64,000 nt of DNA from an uncultured Verrucomicrobiae bacterium (GTDB taxonomy: Bacteria; Verrucomicrobiota; Verrucomicrobiia; Limisphaerales; UBA11358). The notes under the pieces are model-generated. The model saw only the letters and a list, made by a program, of their open reading frames with translations, was not told the DNA's origin and did not search any database. The position numbers and the translations under genes were made by a program. The stretch is from NCBI GenBank assembly GCA_963762585.1, contig CAVXLF010000023.1, positions 219,515 through 283,514 on the forward strand, given 5' to 3'. Below are positions 50,313 to 59,659 of this stretch, piece by piece (within the stretch, counting starts at the first letter, position 1; the number at the start of each line of letters is the position of its first letter).

Positions 50313-51320
50313 ATGTCATCGGTTGCCAACGTGGTCATTCACGCCAGCCAGTTTCCAGAAAATGTCCGGCGCGACTTGCTTGAATCGCTGCGCACCCGGC
50401 GCGTGAACCACAAGTTTCACTATGACAGCGTCAGGCAAACCCAAAAATGGCTCGCGTTGCACCAGGCGTATTCGCCCACCAGGAATGACGCGGATTGTCA
50501 GGCCGTTTATGAACAGGGTTTTGCGGCGGCAGCTCAACAGATCAAAACCAATAGCGTCCGGGTCATCGGACTCGGCTGCGGCGGCGGGCAAAAGGACACG
50601 CGGTTGTTGAAATTGCTGAAAGCCCGCGGCAAAAAAATATTTTATACGCCCTGCGATGTCAGCCCGGCGATGGTTTTGACCGCCTGCCAAACCGCGCTGG
50701 CCGTGTTGCCGGCGGAGAATTGTTTTCCGTTCGTGTGTGATCTGGCTACGGCGAATGATTTGGAAAAGATGGTAGGGTCGGCGCGCTGCGCCGACCGGAC
50801 GCCGCGGCGCGGCGTCCCTACCATTTCGCGCCTGATCACCTTCTTCGGCATGATTCCGAATTTCGAGCCGGAGCAAATTTTACCGAAGCTGGCGTCGCTG
50901 GTCCGCGAAGGGGATTATTTGCTGTTCAGCGCCAATCTCGCCCCCGGCGCCGATTACGCCGCGGGCATGAAAAAGATTCTGCCGCAATATGACAATTCAC
51001 CCACGCGCGACTGGCTGATGGCGTTCCTGCTCGACCTTGGCGTTGAGCGGGGCGACGGGGAGATGCGGTTCGCGGTTGAGAACGGACGGTCCGGATTGAA
51101 ACGGGTGGCGGCCCGCTTTTATTTCCGCCGGCAGCGCCGGATTAAAATTGATGACGCGGAGTTTGTGTTTCGCCGCGGCGAAAATATCCGGCTTTTCTTT
51201 TCCTATCGTTACACGCCGGAGCGCGTCCGCAAAATACTGGCACGTTACCGGTTGCAAGTCCGCGACCAGTGGATCATGCACTCAGGAGAGGAAGGTGTGT
51301 TCCTGGTCAATCGATTGTAG
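50313..51320 (+). CDS. EgtD-like SAM-dependent methyltransferase
   Basis: KFHYD, GLGCGGGQKD, PCDVS, FFGMIPNF, ENI..FFSYRYT. Confidence 0.7.
   Translation: MSSVANVVIHASQFPENVRRDLLESLRTRRVNHKFHYDSVRQTQKWLALHQAYSPTRNDADCQAVYEQGFAAAAQQIKTNSVRVIGLGCGGGQKDTRLLKLLKARGKKIFYTPCDVSPAMVLTACQTALAVLPAENCFPFVCDLATANDLEKMVGSARCADRTPRRGVPTISRLITFFGMIPNFEPEQILPKLASLVREGDYLLFSANLAPGADYAAGMKKILPQYDNSPTRDWLMAFLLDLGVERGDGEMRFAVENGRSGLKRVAARFYFRRQRRIKIDDAEFVFRRGENIRLFFSYRYTPERVRKILARYRLQVRDQWIMHSGEEGVFLVNRL
50771..50822. repeat. GTAG-type REP doublet in-frame within the methyltransferase
   Basis: GGTAGGGTCGGCGCGCTGCGCCGACC-GGACGCCGCGGCGCGGCGTCCCTACC. Confidence 0.85.
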
Positions 51321-51371
51321 CCGCGTTGGTCACAACGCGGGGTCGTCCGCCGTTTCACAACGGCGGCGGCG

Positions 51372-52259
51372 TCAAAAAACCTTCATCGTGTCCAGCACGG
51401 CCTTCGTGCGCGGGACTTCATGCGTGCGGAACAGGTCGGTTTTCCCCAGCGCGGCCAGCACGGCAAAGAACGGTTCGGCACAGCGGACTTCGTCGCCGAA
51501 GAATTCAAACGCGTGGGGCAGGGCGTGGCAAATCGGAAATCCCAGGGTCCGCAATCGGAACGTGTTCAGAAAAACGGTCATTTGATGCCGGACCCGCACG
51601 GCGCTGTCCTGCAGGTTGCGGTAGTAAAAGCCCAGGCCGGGATCGAGCAGGATTTTCTCCACCCCGTGATGCCGCGCGATTTCAATCTGGCGCGAAAAAA
51701 ATTCGCGCATTGGTTCAATCGGGTCGGCGCTCAATTCGAAATCTTCGACTTCGCGGACATTTTTGCCCTGCACGTAGCAGAGGATGACGGCCGCATCGTG
51801 CGCTGCCACCATTTGGAAAATCTCGTCGCCGCCCTCCGTGCCGGTCAGGTTCAGGACGTTCGCGCCGGCTTCCAGGCACGCGCGCGTGACGGCGGGTTGG
51901 TACGTTTCCACGGAAACCAGAATGTTCGCGGCGCGCAAGGACTTGATGACCGGCAGCAATTGGGAATTCTGCGTGCTTTCGTCCACCCGCGCGGCGTCGG
52001 CGAGGGTGGATTCCGCGCCCACGTCCACGATGTCCGCGCCCTGGGCGTGCAGGATTTTGCCGCGCGCCACGGCGGCTTCCGCCGTCAGGCAGACACTTTC
52101 GCGATACCACGAATCGGGCGAAAGGTTGATGACGCCCATGATGCCGGGCTGGGAGTTGAAATCGAATGGTTTGCCGCCGATGGAGAATTCCCTGACCCGG
52201 GCGGGCGCGGCGGAACAATGCTTTTCCAGCAGTTCCGCAAGGTCTTCAAGTCTTAACAT
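51372..52259 (-). CDS. Dihydropteroate synthase-like pterin-binding protein (divergent)
   Basis: IMGVINLSPDS, DVGAEST, LDPGLGF, FRTHEV; lacks the STRPG Arg and the SRK motif. Confidence 0.75.
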   Translation of the reverse strand: MLRLEDLAELLEKHCSAAPARVREFSIGGKPFDFNSQPGIMGVINLSPDSWYRESVCLTAEAAVARGKILHAQGADIVDVGAESTLADAARVDESTQNSQLLPVIKSLRAANILVSVETYQPAVTRACLEAGANVLNLTGTEGGDEIFQMVAAHDAAVILCYVQGKNVREVEDFELSADPIEPMREFFSRQIEIARHHGVEKILLDPGLGFYYRNLQDSAVRVRHQMTVFLNTFRLRTLGFPICHALPHAFEFFGDEVRCAEPFFAVLAALGKTDLFRTHEVPRTKAVLDTMKVF

Positions 52260-52411
52260 GCCGGGAATCCTAGGGCGAAAATCGCAAATCGTAAATGGAA
52301 AGTGGCGTTCCCTCCCGAATTTCGCCGTTCGCGGCGGGGCAGAATTGTGATAGCCTGATGGGTGACGACTGGCAATAATGGGGCGGACAACCATTAACGA
52401 GAGGAAACCCG

Positions 52412-52684
52412 ATGGCCCAAGCAATCATGGATCCGGAAAAGGTGCGGCGGTTCGCGGAAGAACTGCAGCGTTTCAACAGCGACCTGGAAAATCGGATGAT
52501 TTTGTTGCAGGCCCGCTTCGGCGCGCTGGGGGACAGCTGGCAGGACCAGGAGCACGAGAAATTCAACGACGAATTCCGGCAGGCGATGAAGGCGTTGAAG
52601 AAATTCATTGAACTCTCGAAGGAACACACGCCATACCTGTTGAGAAAAGCCCAGCGCATCGAGGAATATCTCAACCAGCATTAA
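52412..52684 (+). CDS. WXG100-family (ESAT-6-like) protein
   Basis: 90 aa helical hairpin, 'MDPEKVRRFA..L', central LGDSWQD, no signal peptide. Confidence 0.8.
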   Translation: MAQAIMDPEKVRRFAEELQRFNSDLENRMILLQARFGALGDSWQDQEHEKFNDEFRQAMKALKKFIELSKEHTPYLLRKAQRIEEYLNQH

Positions 52685-52688
52685 CCGC

Positions 52689-53189
52689 ATGGCCGAACAC
52701 GCCCAGGTCAGTTCCGTCGAAGCGATTGAATCGTTCCGCGCCAGTCTGATTTTGTTTTTGAGCAAGGTGCGCCCGACGCTGGAAGAGGTGAGCGACGAGG
52801 TGCTGCGCCTGCAGTACTGGCTCCAGAACGACCAGCGCCGGCACTGGCAAAACGAGATGCGCCGGCGGGGCTTGAAACTGGAGGAAGCCCGGCGGGAGAT
52901 GTTCAACACCGCGCTTTCCCACCTGCAGGAGGCAACGGCATTGCAACACATGGCGGTGCAACGGGCGCAACGCGCCATCCGGGAGGCGGAAGAGAAGCTC
53001 GAGACCGTGAAACAATGGGAACGGGCCCTGGAAGACCGCACCACGCCGTTGATCAAACAGGTGGAGGAACTCCATGGGTTTCTCATCCTGGACATGGGGC
53101 GGGCGGTCACCCAACTGGTTCAAATCATCAAAACGCTGGAGGCTTACGCCAAGACCGGCAAAGCCGGCCGGGAAGGGGCGCCGTCATGA
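52689..53189 (+). CDS. All-helical coiled-coil protein (WXG100-like partner)
   Basis: 166 aa, heptad-rich, central W; packed between two WXG-like genes. Confidence 0.7.
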   Translation: MAEHAQVSSVEAIESFRASLILFLSKVRPTLEEVSDEVLRLQYWLQNDQRRHWQNEMRRRGLKLEEARREMFNTALSHLQEATALQHMAVQRAQRAIREAEEKLETVKQWERALEDRTTPLIKQVEELHGFLILDMGRAVTQLVQIIKTLEAYAKTGKAGREGAPS

Positions 53190-53398
53190 ACCTGAGCGGG
53201 AGCAAAAGCCGGCTGGTGGGAAGTGCCCGGGAACTTTCAATGAAATGGAAGGAAACCAAAAACTACTGGCGGGACGGAAAAAGCCAGGAGTTTGAGCACC
53301 GATATCTGGACGAGCTTTTCGTCCGCGTGGACAAGACGGTTGCCGTCATTGAGAAGCTGGATGATATTTTAAAAAAAGTCAGGAGTGACTGTGAATAG
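53186..53398 (+). CDS. Short WXG100-like protein
   Basis: 70 aa, W.ETK.YWRD..SQEF motif parallel to LGDSWQDQEHEKF; ATGA overlap. Confidence 0.68.
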   Translation: MNLSGSKSRLVGSARELSMKWKETKNYWRDGKSQEFEHRYLDELFVRVDKTVAVIEKLDDILKKVRSDCE

Positions 53399-56300
53399 GA
53401 ATCTGGGCGTCAATGAAATGCTGGCGTTATTGGACGCGCTCAAGGGCGCGGTCGAGGACTTCGCCGCGCGCGAGGAGAGGTTGAATCGCGATTTTCAAAC
53501 CCGGTCGGCGGCGGAACTCAACACCTTTGAAGCCGCCAGCCAGCTCCGGCAGTCCAGACTCGCCGGGGAACTGTCCGCGGCCGAGGCGGCTTTTGAAACG
53601 GAAAAAAATGCGCGCACTGCCCGATTCGAACGGCGCAAGGTACGGATCAACCGGGCGCACAGTGTGTTGAGCCGGCGGGTGTTGGATGAAGTCGGCGGGC
53701 AGGAAGGAAATCTCCGGCAGAAAGCCCGGAAAAACCTGGCGGAGGCGGAGCGTCAGCGGGATGTGGAACTGGCAGATGCCGCCGTCGCTTTTGGCGATTT
53801 ACAGAAAAAATTGGACGAAAGCAGCGAAGTGTTCGCCGGGCTGGAAAAGAGCGCGCGGACGGCATTTCGCGGTTACGGCATATTCCGAAGACTGCTCGGC
53901 CGCCAGCCGCCCGGGCCGGAGCTGGAGTTTTCGCTGGATGAACCCCGGTTGTTTGAGGAGTTGCAAAGCCTGGAATCCAACATCCGCGGGGATTTGGATC
54001 AATTCCAAAAAATACTGCTCCCGCGAATATTCAAGTTCCTCCCGGTTTCACTGGTGGTTTTGCTGTTGCTGGGCGCGGTTGCGGCGGTTCCGGTGCTTCA
54101 GCATTTTGGCCGGCACCCGGTTACCTGGCTGGAAACCGGCCCGGTCGCGCTGTTGCTGGCGGTGGTTTTGATTTTCTACCTCCAGGGACGGGGCGCCGTG
54201 GTGCCCGCCGCCGCGGCCATTGCCGGTCAACTGGGAAAGGCGCGCCGGCGGCTCGACGCCTGCTCGCAAAAAAACGCAGAGCATTATCAGCAGGAACAGG
54301 CACGGATTCAGGCCGGGTTCGATGCCACCACCCGCAATCTGAATCAGGAATGGAAACAGACAGTGAGGCAGATTGTGAGCACGCGCGGCGATCGGCCGAT
54401 GCAGGTGGATGAAAAAGCCCTTCGGGCCGCGCAGAAAAGCGAGCAATACTTCCGGACCGGCCGCGAACAGATTGAGCGCCGGCACGCGGAAAAGGTTGCC
54501 AGCCTGCAGGCGGAAGCCGGGGCGCAGGCCGGCCGGCTGGCCGGGGTTCATGCCGGGAAAATGGCCGATTACCAAAAACAGCAGCAAACCCGGTGGGAAA
54601 CGCTGGAGTCGGAATGGAAAAGCAAAATCGAACCGCTGTATGCGGCCATTCACTCGGCCAATGCCGCGGCGGACCAGCTTTTTCCCGGGTGGGAGGCGCC
54701 CTCCTGGAAGACGTGGACACCGCCGCAGGAATTTAAGCACGCCGCGCGGTTTGGCCGCCTCGAAGTGGATCTGGCGACGCTCGCTGAAAAGATGCCCCAG
54801 GACCAGCGCCTGGCGCTGCCCGGGCCGGCCAGTTTCAACCTGCCCCTGGCGCTGGCGTATCCGCTCCAGGGTTCCATCCTGTTTGAGACCGGCAAGGCTG
54901 GCGGCAGCGAGGCCGTTGCCGCCATCAACAACATCATCTTCCGGCTGCTTTCCACGACGCCCCCCGGCAAGCTGACCTTCACCATTTTTGACCCGGTCGG
55001 CCTCGGCCAGAGTTTTGCCGCGTTGATGCATCTGGCCGATTACGAGGAAAGCTACATCGACAGCCGCATCTGGACGCAGACCGCGCAGTTTGAGGAAAAG
55101 CTCGCGGAGCTGAACGAGCACATGGAAAAAGTCATCCAGATGTATCTGCGCAACGAGTATGCCACGATTTCCGAATACAACGCCGAGGCCGGCACCATCG
55201 CCGAAAAATATCATTTCCTCGTCATCGCGTCATTTCCGGTGAACTTCAGCGAGACCGCCGCGCGGCGGCTCCGGAACATCGCGGCCAGCGGCGCGCGCTG
55301 CGGCGTTTACACGCTCGTTCAATGGGATCAGCGGCAGGCCATGCCGCAGGATTTCGTCCCGGATGAACTTCAAAAAAACAGCGTCTGCCTGACGCACACC
55401 GAAGGCGGATTTCAACTGTCCGGCCGGCGCGCGCCGGGAACCAGACTGTTTTTCGATCCACCGCCACCATCCGAGACCGCCACCCATTTTCTTCATCAAC
55501 TCGGGCAGAGCGGCAAGGATTCCAACCGGGTCGAGGTGCCCTTTGAACAGGTGGTGCCGGCGGATGCCGATTATTGGAAGGAAGACACGACGGAAGAACT
55601 TCGCGTGCCCATTGGCCGTTCCGGCGCCACCAAGCTGCAATACCTTGCCATCGGCAAGGCCACGCGCCAGCACGGCTTGATTGCCGGCAAGACCGGTTCG
55701 GGTAAATCCACCCTGTTTCACGTCATCATTACCAACCTCGCGTTGTGGTGCAGTCCTGACCAGGTTGAATTTTATCTCGTGGACTTTAAGAAAGGCGTGG
55801 AATTCAAGTGCTACGCCAACCGCCGGCTGCCGCATGCGAAAGTTGTCGCCATCGAAAGCGACCGCGCCTTTGGCCTGAGCGTGCTCGAACGCGTGGATGC
55901 GGAACTGCGCCGCCGTGGCGATTTGTTCCGCAAGCTGGGGGCGCAGGATCTGGCCGGCTACAAGCGGGCGGGTGGGACCGAACCGTTGCCCCGGTCGCTT
56001 TTGATCATTGACGAATTTCAGGAATTTTTCGTGGAGGAAGACCGCGTTTCCCAGGGCGCGGCTGTTTTGCTGGACCGCATCATCCGGCAGGGCCGCGCGT
56101 TTGGCATACACGTGCTGCTCGGCTCGCAAACCCTGGGCGGCGCCTACACCCTGGCCCGGGCCACCATTGGCCAGATGGTCATCCGCATTGCGCTGCAGTG
56201 TAATGAGGCTGATGCCTACCTGATCATGGACCAGGACAACCCCGCGCCGCGCCTGCTTTCCCGGCCCGGCGAAGGCATTTACAACGACACGGCCGGTTCG

Positions 56301-57296
56301 ATTGAAGGCAACAGCCCGTTTCAAACCGTATGGTTGCCGGACCATGAGCGCGATGGTTACCTGGCAAAAATTCGAGACCGCGCCGACGTAACCCGGTATC
56401 CGGGCCCGATTGTGTTTGAAGGCAACGCGCCGGCGGATGTGCTGGAGAACCTGTTGTTGCGCGCGGTGCTCTCGTCTCCGACCCTAAAACCGGCGGAGCA
56501 GGCACGCGTCTGGCTGGGCGCGCCCAATTCCATCAAGGGACCAACGGAAGCCGTTTTCCAGAGACAAAGCGGCAGCAACCTGCTCATCGTGGGGCAGAGC
56601 GAGGAACGCACGCTGACGCTCCTGGCGGTGGCCCTCGTCGCGCTGGCCGCGCAATATCCGCCGGGAAGCGCATGTTTCATCGTGCTCGACAGCACGCCGC
56701 CCGGCCTGCCGCAACGCGAGTTTTTGCAGCGGGTCATTCAGGCCGTTCCCCACGAAGTAACGCAGGTCAACAACAGCAATCTCGCCGAAACCATGACCGC
56801 TCTGGCGGAGGACTTGAAACGTCGGACCGATGATGGAGAGGCAAAATCGCCGGAAACCTTCATTCTGGTCCAGGGGTTGCAAAATTTCAAAAAACTCAGG
56901 CAGGAGGACGAATTCAGCTTTTCCTCCGGTGACGCCGGGACCGCGCCCAATCCTGCCGCCGCGCTCCTCAATCTGGTCAGTGACGGTCCGGGACGAGGCT
57001 TTCATGTCATCGTTGCCTGCGATACTTACACCAACGTGACCCGCTTTCTGGGGCGGAAGGCCTTGAGCGAATTTGAAATGCGCGTGCTTTTCCAGATGAG
57101 CGCCGGCGATTCCGCCAGCCTGGTTGATACCCCGGACGCCGCCACGCTCGGGCTGCATCGTGCCCTCTTCTACAACGACCGGGAAGGCTACCTCGAAACC
57201 TTCCGCCCTTACGCGCGGCCGGGCAATGAATGGGTTGAGGAAGTCGCGCAAAACCTCGCGCGCCAGCGCGCGGCCGGGAGACCGAAGAAATCTTGA
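53385..57296 (+). CDS. FtsK/SpoIIIE-family ATPase, EccC/EssC-like
   Basis: Coiled coil, 2 TM, coiled coil, three FtsK-like modules; GKTGSGKS, YLVDFKKG, LIIDEFQ, GRAFGIH in the middle one. Confidence 0.88.
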   Translation: MTVNRNLGVNEMLALLDALKGAVEDFAAREERLNRDFQTRSAAELNTFEAASQLRQSRLAGELSAAEAAFETEKNARTARFERRKVRINRAHSVLSRRVLDEVGGQEGNLRQKARKNLAEAERQRDVELADAAVAFGDLQKKLDESSEVFAGLEKSARTAFRGYGIFRRLLGRQPPGPELEFSLDEPRLFEELQSLESNIRGDLDQFQKILLPRIFKFLPVSLVVLLLLGAVAAVPVLQHFGRHPVTWLETGPVALLLAVVLIFYLQGRGAVVPAAAAIAGQLGKARRRLDACSQKNAEHYQQEQARIQAGFDATTRNLNQEWKQTVRQIVSTRGDRPMQVDEKALRAAQKSEQYFRTGREQIERRHAEKVASLQAEAGAQAGRLAGVHAGKMADYQKQQQTRWETLESEWKSKIEPLYAAIHSANAAADQLFPGWEAPSWKTWTPPQEFKHAARFGRLEVDLATLAEKMPQDQRLALPGPASFNLPLALAYPLQGSILFETGKAGGSEAVAAINNIIFRLLSTTPPGKLTFTIFDPVGLGQSFAALMHLADYEESYIDSRIWTQTAQFEEKLAELNEHMEKVIQMYLRNEYATISEYNAEAGTIAEKYHFLVIASFPVNFSETAARRLRNIAASGARCGVYTLVQWDQRQAMPQDFVPDELQKNSVCLTHTEGGFQLSGRRAPGTRLFFDPPPPSETATHFLHQLGQSGKDSNRVEVPFEQVVPADADYWKEDTTEELRVPIGRSGATKLQYLAIGKATRQHGLIAGKTGSGKSTLFHVIITNLALWCSPDQVEFYLVDFKKGVEFKCYANRRLPHAKVVAIESDRAFGLSVLERVDAELRRRGDLFRKLGAQDLAGYKRAGGTEPLPRSLLIIDEFQEFFVEEDRVSQGAAVLLDRIIRQGRAFGIHVLLGSQTLGGAYTLARATIGQMVIRIALQCNEADAYLIMDQDNPAPRLLSRPGEGIYNDTAGSIEGNSPFQTVWLPDHERDGYLAKIRDRADVTRYPGPIVFEGNAPADVLENLLLRAVLSSPTLKPAEQARVWLGAPNSIKGPTEAVFQRQSGSNLLIVGQSEERTLTLLAVALVALAAQYPPGSACFIVLDSTPPGLPQREFLQRVIQAVPHEVTQVNNSNLAETMTALAEDLKRRTDDGEAKSPETFILVQGLQNFKKLRQEDEFSFSSGDAGTAPNPAAALLNLVSDGPGRGFHVIVACDTYTNVTRFLGRKALSEFEMRVLFQMSAGDSASLVDTPDAATLGLHRALFYNDREGYLETFRPYARPGNEWVEEVAQNLARQRAAGRPKKS

Positions 57297-57377
57297 CGGG
57301 GTTTCTTCTGATATAAGACAAGACTGAAAATCAGGTGGTGGTACGTTTTGAAATTCTAACAACTCCCCATATTGGGG

Positions 57378-57590
57378 TTAAACCAATCCCCAATTACGCC
57401 ACACAGAATTAACAGAAGCGAGCATATCCACAACTACAACGCCATATCGTCCCCGTCTGAAAAGCGCGATCATTAAAATAAATGGCAGAGAAATCAGCCA
57501 CACCATTGGGGAAAGGACAAAACACACGAAGCTGCCGATGAGATACTCGGCTATGAATCCCCCAATGCCTTCTATGATCGCCAGCCTCAT
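57378..57590 (-). CDS. Small low-GC hydrophobic hypothetical protein
   Basis: Hydrophobic ORF, AT-rich, just 3' of tRNA-Arg; start uncertain. Confidence 0.35.
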   Translation of the reverse strand: MRLAIIEGIGGFIAEYLIGSFVCFVLSPMVWLISLPFILMIALFRRGRYGVVVVDMLASVNSVWRNWGLV

Positions 57591-57673
57591 AATAAACAAA
57601 ATTCCCAAATACCGAACGACCTTGAGGGGAACTAGCCTCTTCCGAAAAATCAACGCAAGAGACCATCGGAAAA

Positions 57674-57750
57674 TGGCGCGCCCGCCGCGATTCGAACGCG
57701 GGACCACCTGCTTAGAAGGCAGATGCTCTATCCAACTGAGCTACGGGCGC
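57674..57750 (-). tRNA. tRNA-Arg(TCT)
   Basis: Reverse complement GCGCCCGTAGCTCAGTTGGATAGAGCA-TCTGC-CTTCTAA-GCAGG..GTTCGAATC..GGGCGCGCCA. Confidence 0.96.
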
Positions 57751-58116
57751 CGCCAGGAGGACATTAGTAGCTGGCGCGCAACGGCGCAAGCGCCGGCTAT
57801 ATCACGCATTTCGACAGTCACTGGACACTTGATTGAATGAAAAGCGAACTCCTATGTCAGAAACAGTGAGCCGGTGACAGGACGATGTTCGTTTTTTGTC
57901 GTACCGGTGAAAACATGAAGGCCGTCTTACATGTATTTGAAAAATGTACAAAAGGTCAATATTCGCTAACCCTGCCCACACAAGTTACTTGTGGGTTTCC
58001 GGCCAAAAAAAATTTGACTTTGCGGTTATTTTCTTGTACATGTATTGTCATAAAACTGGGCAGATAATGTTATTAATGTAATGTTGTTTGGTAGTTATTA
58101 GTAAAAAAAAGGGATT

Positions 58117-59656
58117 ATGTACACCTCCTTAAAAACCCCGTTTCGCAACCCATTTGTAATACCCGCAACCCTGTTTTGGCTGTTGCCGGTCTGCGCCATT
58201 TTTTTTGCCCGGTGCCAGGCACAGCAACTTTCACTTTTGTCCGGGCCCGCCGATCAGTCGCAGATGGCGTGGACTTCGGGGCCTGCCGATGCCAGCCTGG
58301 GCAAGCTGGCCGATATTAAAATTCCCAAGGGCTATCGTTTTACGGATGCGACCGGGGCCGGGGCTCTGCTTGCCAAAATGAACAATCCAGTTCCCCAAGG
58401 ACTGGTGGGCATTCTCGCTCCCGAGTCAGGGCAATGGTGGGTCGTTCTGGAATATAAGGACATCGGTTATGTGAAGAACGCGGACAAAGGTGAAATTGAT
58501 GCCGCCGCAATTCTTAAAACCATCTCCAATCACGCCAAACGTCAGAATGAGGAGCGGAGCCTTCACGGCTTGCCGCTGATTTCCTCTGTGGATTGGAAAC
58601 TTTCGCCGGTGTTCAATGCCAGGACGTATACTGTGGAATGGGCGGTTCTGGCCAAAACCCAAACCGCGGGGTGATCAATCACACCATGCGTCTGCTCGGT
58701 CGGCAAGGCGTGCTGGATGCCACGGCGGTGGAACCCTATCAGGCCGGGCAGTCTGCCGCCAATTTGGTTCCGTTGCAGGACTTGATGAAAAACACCGCGT
58801 TCAAATCAGGACAGCGCTATACGGATTATCAGAAGGGTGACAAAGTTTCCGATATTGGCCTGGCCGGGCTCATTGCCGGCGAGGATGATTCCGCAGATGC
58901 GGAAAAAGATGACGCTGCCACTTCGGGAAAAAGCGCGGGGATTTGGGGATGGTATGTCCTGGCCGGCGTTGTTGCCGGAGGGGGAGTGCTGCTGTTTCTC
59001 GGAGCCGTTCAGCAACGCCGCAAACCGCGGCACGTCCTCCCCGCCAGTCCCGTGGAGAATGGAACCAGCAATGAGAATGAACCCGCTCAGCGAACCCGCA
59101 ACTTTGCCGGCTGCTTCACTGTGCCGGGCCGTGGTGGCGGATCAGGTACTGAAATCTGATGACGTCAAGCCGGTTGAAGTGAAACCCATTGGCGAAAGAC
59201 CCCAGGTGGCCATTGCCACCAATGGCTCCAGCAAACATCGGCCTTCCCGCCGTCGCCGGAAAATCTTTGATTATCACCGGTTTTATGTGGATACGGTGAT
59301 GAAACTTTCTTCCAGCGGCTATACGGCGGAAGTTCCAGCGGCTGATGAGCATGCCAATGGCCACGCACGGCCACTCCAACGGCCACGCCAATGGCCATTC
59401 AAACGGAAATGGGCACACCAATGGCCACTCCAATGGTTCAGCAACCGAAGGACAGTCACCATCGTATGCGGTCATGAACCAGGCCATTGCCCAGGCACAC
59501 ATGGATTTGATCGCCAATCAGAAGGAACTCATTGAGGAGCAAAAACATTTGCTGATCCAACAGGCCAAGCTGATTGAGGAGAAAAGCAAGTTAATCGCTG
59601 AAAAAAGCCAGCTTCTGGACCGTCAAACTGAACTGTTCGAGCGGGACATTTTGTAA
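58117..59656 (+). pseudogene. DUF2167-domain membrane protein with NGH-repeat/coiled-coil tail, three apparent frameshifts
   Basis: GPADASLG..IPKGYRF, IGYVK, RLLGRQG, GQRYTDY..GDKV..GLAGLI spread over successive frames (shifts near 58668, 59100, 59365); may be intact in vivo. Confidence 0.65.
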
Positions 59657-59659
59657 AAG

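Noticed and set aside
52296-52325. Possible att-site copy of the tRNA-Arg 3' end (AAGTGGCGTTCCC vs AAATGGCGCGCCC) bounding the T7-like locus
   Set aside because: Match too short and imperfect, overlaps a heptamer array, no integrase, and the locus has host-like composition
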